A stretch of 64,000 nt of DNA, taken from IMG/VR virus record IMGVR_UViG_3300045988_076131, positions 10,380 through 74,379 of that record; one strand, written 5' to 3'. Position 1 is the stretch's first letter; every line of letters begins with the position of its first letter. A program made the translations under genes and the position numbers. Positions 44,772 to 53,320 of the stretch are shown here, piece after piece. The stretch comes from a virus. The notes under the pieces were generated by a model. That model saw only the letters and a program-made list of their open reading frames with translations. It had not been told where the DNA came from and did not search any database.

Positions 44772-45344
44772 TTACACCTCGTCCTTCTTGAGCTCCTTTG
44801 CGACCTGCTCCGCAATAATCGCCACCTGTCCGTCCTCGAAGTTCTTCTTCAAGTCCTCCTCGGACTCTTCTCTTACGGCGGTATTGATTGTATTTTCAAG
44901 CTCCTTGGATTTGGTTAAAAGCCAGTTCAAACGCTCGTTTGCGAACTTTACAGCCTCGTCCATATCGACGAAAGCGGTTGCAGGATGGCAAAGGTTCGCC
45001 TCTGTCATAATGATCATGCTGTCAAGCATATCAGCGTAGGTTGTGTCTGTTTCGGGAAATTTCAAATTCTCCTTTCCTTTGGTTTCGTGCTTCATATCTA
45101 CGAGATTTGCAAGCCACATGAAAAGCGAAGCGTCGTTTGCCTTACCCTCTAAGTTTGTAATCCACCGCTTGCAGCGTACCTCCAAGCCGATGTGTGTGTG
45201 AAAGATAGCCTCGTCTTTTAAGAGAACTACGATAAATCTACCGAAATCCTCTACGCAGACAACCTTCTTTCTGTCAATACCTTCGATTGTTTTCAACAAC
45301 CCTGCGTTGTTGTCAACTGTCTTTTTACTTGCTGCTTTTGCCAT
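44772..45344 (-). CDS. hypothetical protein
   Basis: 190-codon ORF. Confidence 0.6.
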   Translation of the reverse strand: MAKAASKKTVDNNAGLLKTIEGIDRKKVVCVEDFGRFIVVLLKDEAIFHTHIGLEVRCKRWITNLEGKANDASLFMWLANLVDMKHETKGKENLKFPETDTTYADMLDSMIIMTEANLCHPATAFVDMDEAVKFANERLNWLLTKSKELENTINTAVREESEEDLKKNFEDGQVAIIAEQVAKELKKDEV

Positions 45345-45375
45345 ATATTTATACGTTTATGTGTTTAAATTCGTT

Positions 45376-45885
45376 TTAAAGGCATTTCCTTCGCCCATAT
45401 TCGCATATCAGCGTTGCGTCGCACTTGTTATCGTCTACGTTCTTGCACTTGCTTGTACGCCTAAAATCTTCGGTCGGAAACAGTCGTCTTGCGGCGTTGA
45501 TGGATGTCGCCTTGTTGTCAGTGCTTTTCTTTCCGCAATAACTCTTGACAACCTTATCGTGACTTATCCAAATCTCCTTCTGCCAAGTCTTCGGAGGTAC
45601 AAGATGATAGGGTATCTCAAGCGCAATCAACAGACCTTGCAGTACTCCGAACGTTTCTCCGAACGAGAATGTGGACTTTGCTGACGAACCGAAGATGGCG
45701 TGTATCTCCTCCATACAGCACACGCAATTTTCCTCGCACACCGTCTTGATGTTTTTCAGAAATATCGCAATGTCGTGATAGTCGCAATCCTGTAAGGAGC
45801 AATACTCGCGCGTGCCATCAGGGTGCATTACTGCTATGAAACCCTTTGAGCCAGGGTCTATGCCGATGTATGTCTTGCTTGCCAT
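45376..45885 (-). CDS. RuvC-like Holliday junction resolvase
   Basis: TYIGIDPGSKGFIAV at the N-terminus, MEEIHA, and a C-terminal CDATLICEYG (analogous to the RuvC ADALAIA region). Confidence 0.7.
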   Translation of the reverse strand: MASKTYIGIDPGSKGFIAVMHPDGTREYCSLQDCDYHDIAIFLKNIKTVCEENCVCCMEEIHAIFGSSAKSTFSFGETFGVLQGLLIALEIPYHLVPPKTWQKEIWISHDKVVKSYCGKKSTDNKATSINAARRLFPTEDFRRTSKCKNVDDNKCDATLICEYGRRKCL

Positions 45886-45886
45886 A

Positions 45887-46372
45887 TTATTTTACTCCCG
45901 ATGAATTAAAACCGTTGTCGCCACGCTTCTTGTCATCATTTTCTTCTTTTTTGATGACACCACTCACAAGTTCCGTGTTCGGTATTTCCACAATGCGCAT
46001 CTGTGCTATCTTGGTGCCGGCTGGGATAATAATTTTCTTTGACAGATAACCCCCAAAATAATACAAAAGCACACCGTAAACTTTCATTTCTGCTTCCGAA
46101 AGTTGCTTAAAACACTCAAAGTCACAGTCCTTATTTACATAAGTCCGAATTGGAGGTGCAAACCTTTTTTGCTTAACTGCTATTGTATATTCAGATTTGT
46201 GTGGAAAAACAGAATCCATATCCTCAATAACCGTGCATATAACCATTCCGTCCTCTCTGACTTCCGCATAACTTTCTATTTGCTGCTTTAGCTTTCCGAC
46301 GGAATTATTTAGAAAAAACTCTATGGGCGCAAGGTAAATGTCACCAAGTTTTAATTTCTCATTTTTATCCAT
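45887..46372 (-). CDS. dUTPase-like protein (divergent)
   Basis: AGTKIAQMRIVEIP (motif-4-like) and C-terminal RGDNGFNSSG (motif-5-like). N-terminal motifs are not recognisable. Confidence 0.5.
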   Translation of the reverse strand: MDKNEKLKLGDIYLAPIEFFLNNSVGKLKQQIESYAEVREDGMVICTVIEDMDSVFPHKSEYTIAVKQKRFAPPIRTYVNKDCDFECFKQLSEAEMKVYGVLLYYFGGYLSKKIIIPAGTKIAQMRIVEIPNTELVSGVIKKEENDDKKRGDNGFNSSGVK

Positions 46373-46398
46373 AAGCTACTCCTCCTTGTCTTTGATTT

Positions 46399-46803
46399 CT
46401 ATAAAATCACCGACTCCCAAACGAGCGTTGTTGATGCAATTACATATCCAACCCATGAGGTATGCCTGGTGCTCATTTCTGCCGTTATACATCCTTTCCA
46501 AATCGCACGCATCGTTGATAGACGATAGAACATGATAAGCCTCATGACAGTTTTCATAGTCATATCGCTCTTCTTTGGAAATACAACGAGATTGCCGAAG
46601 TATTTCCCTGCCTTACTCATACATTCGTCATAAACCATACCTCCGTAGCTTCCTTCACTCATAGGCTCGCCGTTGTGAACAAGAGGCTCGCCTTTCATGT
46701 TAGTAAAGCATTTGTCTATTTCTTCTTCCGACGTATTGTACATCACCCAAAGTTTCCTTGGGTAAATCTGCGGTGTATATTCGTAATATCCTTTCTTCTT
46801 CAT
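46399..46803 (-). CDS. HExxH metallopeptidase-like protein, frameshifted as assembled (true end probably 46376)
   Basis: After ...KKSDMTMKTV the sensible continuation HEAYHVLSSINDACDLERMYNGRNEHQAYLMGWICNCINNARLGVGDFIEIKDKEE is in another frame, ending at 46376-46378. Confidence 0.55.
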   Translation of the reverse strand: MKKKGYYEYTPQIYPRKLWVMYNTSEEEIDKCFTNMKGEPLVHNGEPMSEGSYGGMVYDECMSKAGKYFGNLVVFPKKSDMTMKTVMRLIMFYRLSTMRAIWKGCITAEMSTRHTSWVGYVIASTTLVWESVIL

Positions 46804-47156
46804 AATTCACGAATTAGCTTAGTTATACGCTTGTATACCTTAATAATGATTGGAGCATCAAACCATTGTGTTTTAACGATATATGTCCTACCTTGTTTTA
46901 TAACTCCAACGAGTTGGGCATTACCCCAGACTCCATACAAATCTATACGATACGCTCCCTTATCTGTAGCCACAAGATAATAGGTCTCTGTACCAAACAA
47001 CTCTTTGCTACCAGACATTTCTACGATTTTATCGACAGAGTAAACCGTAATAGTGTCGTACAACTTACGATTGCCTCCTTGGAATCTCAGACTCCTGCTA
47101 CACGATGCCAATAGCGACACCACCGCAACTAATACAAATAATAAAAACTTCTTCAT
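46800..47156 (-). CDS. lipoprotein
   Basis: Signal peptide plus lipobox: MKKFLLFVLVAVVSLLASC. Confidence 0.65.
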   Translation of the reverse strand: MKKFLLFVLVAVVSLLASCSRSLRFQGGNRKLYDTITVYSVDKIVEMSGSKELFGTETYYLVATDKGAYRIDLYGVWGNAQLVGVIKQGRTYIVKTQWFDAPIIIKVYKRITKLIREL

Positions 47157-47163
47157 ATCTCAA

Positions 47164-47535
47164 CTATTTTATTTTAACTATGTCAACTATTTCTATTGGC
47201 GCAATAGATTTGATATAATGATACCCTAACGGATCTGTATAGTTCAAGCTATTCCACCCTCTCCCGACACGAACATACGGAACCCTGCATGTACGGATGT
47301 TTATGCTATCCGCTTTGTCAGGGTAATGGATAACAATGGTTGCAGAATACCATACCGTATCGTCTTTAACAAATCCGCCGTTCTTGTATTTTTTACTTTG
47401 CCAAATAACAAAACCAAAGATTAAAACCGCTAAGGCAAAAAGTGATAAAAAACACATTTCTGCACTCCAGTCATTCAACCATCTTTTCACGTTCATATCC
47501 TCAATATTTATTTGTGCAACCTTCCGATATGCCAC
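47164..47535 (-). CDS. membrane-anchored protein
   Basis: 123 aa with one TM (CFLSLFALAVLIFGFVIW). Confidence 0.55.
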   Translation of the reverse strand: MAYRKVAQINIEDMNVKRWLNDWSAEMCFLSLFALAVLIFGFVIWQSKKYKNGGFVKDDTVWYSATIVIHYPDKADSINIRTCRVPYVRVGRGWNSLNYTDPLGYHYIKSIAPIEIVDIVKIK

Positions 47536-47738
47536 TTAGAGCACAGTTCGCAGAAATACGGACGTTCTCCCATTGTTTTCAGCTTCGGGTTCTGCTCAAG
47601 AAACTCCCATGCCTCATCCTCGGTATCGTAGCCAACCTTCTGCTTCCACGAGTTCCCCTTGCGAGTCCAGTGCCTTGCGTCGGGATGCAAGGTGGAGTAG
47701 GGTGCTTTGTTGTGGTATCTGTTTTTGCTCATATCCAT
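47508..47738 (-). CDS. small hypothetical protein
   Basis: Internal ATG (MDMSKNRYHNK...) just after the methyltransferase stop. Contains CELCSKWH near the C-terminus. Confidence 0.45.
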   Translation of the reverse strand: MDMSKNRYHNKAPYSTLHPDARHWTRKGNSWKQKVGYDTEDEAWEFLEQNPKLKTMGERPYFCELCSKWHIGRLHK

Positions 47739-48334
47739 TTTACGGTTGTTTCTCCGTTGTAACCTTTCTGCCATACAAACCATGCGTAGCTGACTGCACT
47801 GCCGCCCCCATTGCGCATTGCAGCGAACTTGCCGTTCTTTGCGCATAACACTCTCTTTGAGAATTGCAGTACGTACTTAGGTGGCGTGTTCTTATAGAGC
47901 CTCTCGTAGCGTTTCTGCCCCTCCAGGAATGTTGTCTTGAGAAACATCACACACAAACCTCCGTCGTGAAGCAAGTCAAGCGAGTGCAGCACGAACTCCA
48001 ATGCGTACTTGTAGGGTGGGTTGGTCAGTATGCACTTGCAGCTGTCGGGCATCGTGTCCGCTTTAAAGAAGTCCTGCACGCCGCCGTAGCCTCGGTCTAT
48101 AAGGTCGGTACTCACTACATCGTGCCCGAACTCAATAAGACGCTCTGACAAGCATCCAGTACCACAAGCGCACTCCCATATCTTCTTCGGCAGCTCGAAG
48201 TTGCGGACAAGTCTGTCAATCGCAACAGGGTTCGTAGCGTAGAAATCATGCTCCTCACGCTCCTTGTCCGTGTGGTTGCTCGCACCGATGGTTATGAAGG
48301 TGCTCTTGCCGTTTCCGTTCCAGTCCTTAGTCAT
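47729..48334 (-). CDS. N6-adenine DNA methyltransferase (NPPY type)
   Basis: Motif I ECACGTGCLSE and motif IV ILTNPPYKYA. Confidence 0.8.
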   Translation of the reverse strand: MTKDWNGNGKSTFITIGASNHTDKEREEHDFYATNPVAIDRLVRNFELPKKIWECACGTGCLSERLIEFGHDVVSTDLIDRGYGGVQDFFKADTMPDSCKCILTNPPYKYALEFVLHSLDLLHDGGLCVMFLKTTFLEGQKRYERLYKNTPPKYVLQFSKRVLCAKNGKFAAMRNGGGSAVSYAWFVWQKGYNGETTVKWI

Positions 48335-48566
48335 TTTTTCTGCATTTCATTGTTGAACTCTCTTTGTAATATCCGTTCGATATTCGCAGGCGACCCATAC
48401 CAATCATACTTCTCCTCGGCCGGAGCATTTTCTGCTGCCTCAATGGAGTTTTTGAGTGCTTCACACGCCTCTTTGTCCGAAAGCCCCATGTTTCTTGTAG
48501 CACTAAAAATAGTTTGGCAAATGCTTCTATTGCGCTTTCCTCGGGGTCTAAAACAATCTTCGCCAT
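48327..48566 (-). CDS. small protein, probably frameshifted as assembled
   Basis: The N-terminus MAKIVLDPEESAIEAFAKLF is plausible in this frame. The plausible C-terminus MGLSDKEACEALKNSIEAAENAPAEEKYDWYGSPANIERILQREFNNEMQKK (48331..48489) is in another frame. Confidence 0.4.
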   Translation of the reverse strand: MAKIVLDPEESAIEAFAKLFLVLQETWGFRTKRRVKHSKTPLRQQKMLRPRRSMIGMGRLRISNGYYKESSTMKCRKND

Positions 48567-48567
48567 A

Positions 48568-48729
48568 TCACTTCCTTGTTTTATCAAGTTCCATAATTGT
48601 AAGTATCGCATAGTTCGCAAGGTCAAGCAGGGAGTCTTTCATACTCTCGCCCTTCACCTTCGCCTCGTCAGACATCAGAGACTTCACGCGCTTTAGCTTC
48701 TCGGACAGGTGCCCGTAGGCGTATGTCAT
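48568..48729 (-). CDS. DUF1599-like domain, C-terminal piece (split from 48726..49343 by a frameshift)
   Basis: MTYAYGHLSEKLKRVKSLMSDEAKVKGESMKDSLLDLANYAILTIMELDKTRK. The upstream ORF ends ...KAKNHDYGNS, which is the start of the same domain. Confidence 0.5.
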   Translation of the reverse strand: MTYAYGHLSEKLKRVKSLMSDEAKVKGESMKDSLLDLANYAILTIMELDKTRK

Positions 48730-49343
48730 ACCACACTCCTTAAACAGCTCCGCAAACTATTGCCGTAGTCGTGATTTTTAGCCTTGAAGGTGTCGTACAT
48801 ACCGTTGGTAATGTCGCGGAACGCATCGGCATCTCCAGTTGGATGCTCTGTAAACGCGGAAGGCTTTGCAAGAACGCCAACTGGGTCAGAGGTAAATCCG
48901 TAATACTCCATACGGTATCTTTTACCGCCGCTACGACTGCCACCCCAAAAGGCGTTGTACGCCCAGTTGTTTTTCGGAATCTCTGCACTGAAAATGGGGT
49001 AGAGATTAGCGTCGATGGCACGTATTCCGCGTTGCATCACGTCGCCCAGGGATATGTAGAGCGGTTTCTTTCCGAGCGCATCGCTGCGAACCTTGATGTA
49101 CTCGCCGACCCATGCGCAATGCGGGTCTTTCTTGTCTGCTAAGCTTATCAGCTTCGGACCGCCGCATACCTCGAAAAGCGGTACTTGGAGCGTTACATAA
49201 TTTTTGTCTCCGTGCGGAGTTTTCAGCGTTGTCAGATACTGGATGGATTCACACATATCCGTGGCACCTTGATGCTTACGCTCGATTTTGTTATTGGGCA
49301 TCCTAAACTTCAAGCCCTCCTTAATGTCCTCTCTGTTAATCAT
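48726..49343 (-). CDS. hypothetical protein whose C-terminus enters a DUF1599-like domain
   Basis: 205-codon ORF ending ...MYDTFKAKNHDYGNSLRSCLRSVV. Confidence 0.6.
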   Translation of the reverse strand: MINREDIKEGLKFRMPNNKIERKHQGATDMCESIQYLTTLKTPHGDKNYVTLQVPLFEVCGGPKLISLADKKDPHCAWVGEYIKVRSDALGKKPLYISLGDVMQRGIRAIDANLYPIFSAEIPKNNWAYNAFWGGSRSGGKRYRMEYYGFTSDPVGVLAKPSAFTEHPTGDADAFRDITNGMYDTFKAKNHDYGNSLRSCLRSVV

Positions 49344-49348
49344 TGTTA

Positions 49349-49528
49349 CTACTCCTTTCTTTGTAAAAAATCCATTAACATTTCGCGGTTGTCAGAATTA
49401 TTATCTAAGCCGTAAACTTCAACGATATGATTATCTACAACCTTATTCCATAGTTCGCAAGGAGTAACCTCACGAAATCCAACCTTGGCAAATCCGCTGT
49501 CGGCAAGTCTGTTTATTATCTTTATCAT
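49349..49528 (-). CDS. small hypothetical protein
   Basis: Start chosen at MIKIINRL (an alternative ATG lies at 49561). Track ORF 49349..49729. Confidence 0.45.
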   Translation of the reverse strand: MIKIINRLADSGFAKVGFREVTPCELWNKVVDNHIVEVYGLDNNSDNREMLMDFLQRKE

Positions 49529-49538
49529 TCTCGAATTA

Positions 49539-49952
49539 CTATCCTTTGCTACTCCTTTCATTATATGGCACCCATATCTCCTCCATCTCGCGCAGCGCAA
49601 GCTCGTAGGCGTTTCTGTCTTTGTTTGTGGGGTTAGACTGCGCATGATAGTAAATGAGCGTGCACATGAGGCGGCGGAACGTGATAGCCGCATTGTAGTA
49701 TTTCTGCGCATATTGCCCGAAGTTGTCAAGACAGAGACGGTCTAAACCGCGAGGCCGCATTTCGACTTTTATCGGACGCTCCAGCCACTTAGCATCAGTC
49801 GGATCACCGTTGTTCAATTCTCTTTTCAGGTCGTACGCCTCATCCTTCCATCCGCTCAACGCACCGTCCTGCAAAGCCCTATCGGCGCACTCTGTCTTTG
49901 GCTTTGGGCATTTCAGCAAACGCTGCAAATCATCCAATAACTCCTGTTTCAT
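49539..49952 (-). CDS. hypothetical protein
   Basis: 137-codon ORF. Confidence 0.55.
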   Translation of the reverse strand: MKQELLDDLQRLLKCPKPKTECADRALQDGALSGWKDEAYDLKRELNNGDPTDAKWLERPIKVEMRPRGLDRLCLDNFGQYAQKYYNAAITFRRLMCTLIYYHAQSNPTNKDRNAYELALREMEEIWVPYNERSSKG

Positions 49953-50341
49953 ATCTCGTTCTTGTTTTCTTTTTCTTGTTTCTTCTTGTTTTCGTAATAT
50001 CTCTTCAATGCCTCCGAAAGCTTCTTGTTCGCTTGCCTCTTCGCATCCTCTTTTGCCGACTCTCTTGTAAACAGCGTTTCAATAACCTCTTCTTTGCCGT
50101 ATTCGTTCATCATTGCCTTGCCCTTCTTGATGTGGCGTTGTGTCTTTTCTCTTTTGAAGTAATAACGATGCTTTATGATGGTTCTACGCTCTTTATATGT
50201 CAGCTTTCGCTGCTCCGGCGCAAGCTCTTTTTCGTTCGGGTCCTCCGCAGGCTTGAAAAGCTCGTCTTCGTTAAATGAAGATGGTGTTTTTTCGCTTGCG
50301 GACTCCATCGCGTCACGCAATTCGGAGAACTCGCCGGTCAT
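49949..50341 (-). CDS. hypothetical basic protein
   Basis: 130 aa, Lys/Arg/Glu-rich. Confidence 0.5.
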   Translation of the reverse strand: MTGEFSELRDAMESASEKTPSSFNEDELFKPAEDPNEKELAPEQRKLTYKERRTIIKHRYYFKREKTQRHIKKGKAMMNEYGKEEVIETLFTRESAKEDAKRQANKKLSEALKRYYENKKKQEKENKNEI

Positions 50342-50373
50342 CTCTTGAAGGAAGTCCGAAGTCCGGGTGTCAG

Positions 50374-51057
50374 TTAGGCTTTCGCTGCTCGTTTCTTCGG
50401 TTTTGCAGTCGCGGCCTTCTTTTTTTTTGCTACAGGAGCTTTTTTAGGCGTTGAGGTCGTCTTTTCTTCTGTTTCTACCTCCGCTGCCTTTTCGGCTGCC
50501 GTCGCCTCCTCGTGCTGTGCATCAGCTTCGAGCATCATGCGCTCAATCTCACCCTGCTCGTCGTCGGCAACTGACGGCGTTGTATCTTCAGCATCGTCGT
50601 ACTCTACAATTTTAGTGGCCGCGAGGTCGGACTCATCGCTCTCAAGCTGCAATCTAATACCGCGTTCACGGAGTTTTAAGATTACCTCCTCGTCGCTCAT
50701 GGTCATTACCTTCGATTTCTCCTCTTCGTCCTCTGTGACGGTGAACAGATGATAACGTCGATCTTTCTCGTCGCCCACATTGACATAACGAGCCTCGTCA
50801 AGAAACATATACGGATGTATTCTCACACGCTCTCGTATGGGCGACATACGCCCGTAGTCCGTCTTGTAGATAATCAGTCCTTCGGCATTGCGCTCAATAG
50901 CATAATAGGAGAGGTCCCCATTGAGTTTGCGAACAAGGGCGAGTGCTTTTATCCAAAATCCATCCTGCTCACCTCTCCACATCTTCGGTAAGCCAATCTG
51001 TGTAAGACCAAGGTCGGTCAACGCTGATTTCAGCGAGTCTTCTGTAATATTTGCCAT
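50374..51057 (-). CDS. acidic protein with a Lys/Ala/Pro-rich histone-H1-like tail
   Basis: C-terminus reads TPKKAPVAKKKKAATAKPKKRAAKA. Confidence 0.6.
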   Translation of the reverse strand: MANITEDSLKSALTDLGLTQIGLPKMWRGEQDGFWIKALALVRKLNGDLSYYAIERNAEGLIIYKTDYGRMSPIRERVRIHPYMFLDEARYVNVGDEKDRRYHLFTVTEDEEEKSKVMTMSDEEVILKLRERGIRLQLESDESDLAATKIVEYDDAEDTTPSVADDEQGEIERMMLEADAQHEEATAAEKAAEVETEEKTTSTPKKAPVAKKKKAATAKPKKRAAKA

Positions 51058-51070
51058 GTTTTTAATAATT

Positions 51071-52099
51071 TTATAAGTTATGAAACAGGTCGCTTTGCCC
51101 AGACTGCTGCATCATGGAGCGATATTTGTCAAGCTGATTTGTCGGCACGAACAGCCTCTCAGTAACAGAGCTTGTCTTTGTGGCGCATAGGCTCTGCTTG
51201 TGTTTGATGTTCCGCACCTCCGTAAATCTGTCTGCCGGCATGTAATACTCACTTATCAACACCAACTCCTCCTGATTGCAGCACCAGTCGTAAAATTCAC
51301 TGTGATTGAACGGCTGTGTAACCGAAGAGTTCTTGCCATAAGCATTTGTAGAGAAATACGGAATATCCGCATATATAACAGAGTTAGGCTGTATCTTAAC
51401 CTCTCTGTAGTCCACCTCGGAGTACCGAAAGCTCTGTAGACGTTCGAGGCTTTCGAGGCTCTGTAGACGTTCGAGACGTTCGAGGCTCTGTAGACGTTCG
51501 AGACGTTCGAGGCTTTCGAGGCGATCAGTGTCGTAGCTTGTAGACAAGCTTGCGAACGAACCCGCCGAATTAGTCTTTAAACACTCCCTTATGGCAGAGC
51601 GGAACTTAATCCTCCTGTTATGCCAACCCATAACTTCTCTGAGTGCCTCCTTGCACACCTCGCTTACGCCTGGATATAGGTCGCTTAAAAGACCAAAATC
51701 TCCGTATATTATAGCATAATGACACGCTTTCTTGTACGGCTCAATGGCTTTCGAGTACAGATAATCACGCTGATTATTGCCGAAGCTCCAGCAGCAGGAG
51801 ATGTATGGGTCGGTGTCTTTTAGCTTGGAGAAGTCCTCGCGGCTCACCCATCTCGTTTCCATGGCGTATTTGCCGTCCATGCCGTCACGGAAAAGCCTCA
51901 ACGCCCGTCCGTCTATGTCGTTGGCGTAGCAGTGTCTATACCTGCCTTCGAGTAGCATTTTATGGGTCACGGCGCAGCCACCGGCAAACAAATCGTAGAA
52001 ATTGTCAACGTCTTTATACGGAATCGCCTCCACCAATCTGTCTACTACCTGCGACTTGCTGCCCTTGTACGGAACTCCCCACCACTTGCGCTTAACCAT
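51071..52099 (-). CDS. Dam-like (D12 class) N6-adenine DNA methyltransferase with an internal 9-aa tandem repeat
   Basis: KWWGVPYKGSKSQVVDRLVEAIP...FYDLFAGGCAV and a DPPY-like IYADIPY. Start at 52099 gives an 8-nt overlap with the upstream gene. Confidence 0.75.
   Translation of the reverse strand: MVKRKWWGVPYKGSKSQVVDRLVEAIPYKDVDNFYDLFAGGCAVTHKMLLEGRYRHCYANDIDGRALRLFRDGMDGKYAMETRWVSREDFSKLKDTDPYISCCWSFGNNQRDYLYSKAIEPYKKACHYAIIYGDFGLLSDLYPGVSEVCKEALREVMGWHNRRIKFRSAIRECLKTNSAGSFASLSTSYDTDRLESLERLERLQSLERLERLQSLESLERLQSFRYSEVDYREVKIQPNSVIYADIPYFSTNAYGKNSSVTQPFNHSEFYDWCCNQEELVLISEYYMPADRFTEVRNIKHKQSLCATKTSSVTERLFVPTNQLDKYRSMMQQSGQSDLFHNL
51431..51520. repeat. 27-bp tandem repeat, about 3.3 copies, inside the Dam-like gene
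   Basis: gctctgtagacgttcgag plus (a/g)c(g/t)ttcgag units; encodes (LERLERLQS)n. Confidence 0.9.
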
Positions 52100-52658
52100 T
52101 CGACACCTTGCCTCCGTTTTTAAGCCAGTCCTCAATGGTTGTACTCGCACCGTCAAATGTTCTACCAAAAATATTGACAAGTTTCACCGAACACTGGAGA
52201 TACGGCGTGTTTTTTATCACATCGGAAGACGGCTCGCAGGCATCCTGCACAAGAAACAACGCCTTGCGCTGTCTGTAATCGTCTTTCCATAGCACCAGGG
52301 AGCCTTCCAGGTAGGAGTAAAGCTCATCCCATGCAGCCTCCATTTTCTTCGTCTGCTCCTCAATCGGCAAGCTCGTAGTGGTATCAATGTTATACCCGAA
52401 CACATAAACAGAGAGCGTACATGTTGTACTTTCGTGTGTGGCGTTCGGGTCTACAAAAACCCTGAGAGCGCCTGTTTCAGCATAACTCTCTGTGTACACG
52501 CCTTTCTGCTTACCCTTGGAGTTGAGACCAGTCATTGACTTGTAGCGAATAACACCGCCAAAATCATCCTCAAGACTCTTTGGCGTGCCGTCACTCGCCC
52601 ACGCACCCTGCGCAGACTTCGTGTATCGCTGTATGTAAAATTTCTTATTATCGGCCAT
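52092..52658 (-). CDS. hypothetical protein
   Basis: Internal ATG at 52658 (MADNKKFYIQRY...). Track ORF 52092..52739. Confidence 0.55.
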   Translation of the reverse strand: MADNKKFYIQRYTKSAQGAWASDGTPKSLEDDFGGVIRYKSMTGLNSKGKQKGVYTESYAETGALRVFVDPNATHESTTCTLSVYVFGYNIDTTTSLPIEEQTKKMEAAWDELYSYLEGSLVLWKDDYRQRKALFLVQDACEPSSDVIKNTPYLQCSVKLVNIFGRTFDGASTTIEDWLKNGGKVSNG

Positions 52659-53041
52659 CAGATTTCGTTTTGAATACAAAGTAAGGACATACAAACAAGC
52701 ATTGCAAGCTTTTGAACTGCAAACCCTATTTTTTAACATTTTATGTTAATTTATTTAACTATTGTACAGGTTGCAATAATTACAACCATAAGTTCAGGAG
52801 AAACAAGATATAAACATACACAGGCGAGTAATAAAGACAAAAAGGCTGTTTATTTGTGTTCTAAGCGTGTTTTAACTGAAAGACTAATAACTACACCAAA
52901 AGGAAATGAAAGTGCGGCAGAACGCAAATAAATAGGCAAATAAACGGCTTTTGAAGTATGGTGGAAATAATAATGAAAATAACAAAAAGTGAAGCACTGC
53001 TGCGTGTGACACCTCCAAAAATAAAAAAAATAAAAAATTAA

Positions 53042-53090
53042 GGGAAAGGGTGGGTGCGGTGGGTGCGGTGGGTGCCTGGGGGGGTGGGGG
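53042..53090 (+). repeat. G-rich block: three tandem ggtgggtgc units plus G7 and G5 runs (G-quadruplex-capable)
   Basis: Seven runs of G3 or longer within 49 nt. The 9-bp unit sits at 53049, 53058 and 53067. Confidence 0.8.
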
Positions 53091-53213
53091 TTTAACCCCT
53101 GCGGATGGCGAAGGCTCAAAAAGCAAAGAGTATAAAGCACGTAACACGCTGATACATAACTACTTACAGGCTCTATAAATACTATTTTTTACATACAAGA
53201 CGGACGTATTACA

Positions 53214-53320
53214 CGAAAAAGGCGAAAAAGGCGAAAAAGGTATTATATTTATATATACTATTAGATATATAGATATAATATATATAAATATATAATATAT
53301 AGCTAATAATATATATATAC
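53214..53320. repeat. three tandem cgaaaaagg units followed by an 80-bp almost pure A/T (TA-rich) block
   Basis: Units lie at 53214-53240. 53241-53320 contains only a handful of G/C. Confidence 0.75.

Noticed and set aside
50420-50428. T9 (coding-strand A9) homopolymer as a possible slippage site
   Set aside because: It is in frame and simply encodes the KKKK of a Lys/Ala-rich tail. There is no alternative-frame product of interest.
52092-52658. Distal tail protein (Dit)
   Set aside because: There is only a vague resemblance in residue pattern, and the location (upstream of the Dam-like methyltransferase, far from the tape measure) argues against it. I kept it as hypothetical.
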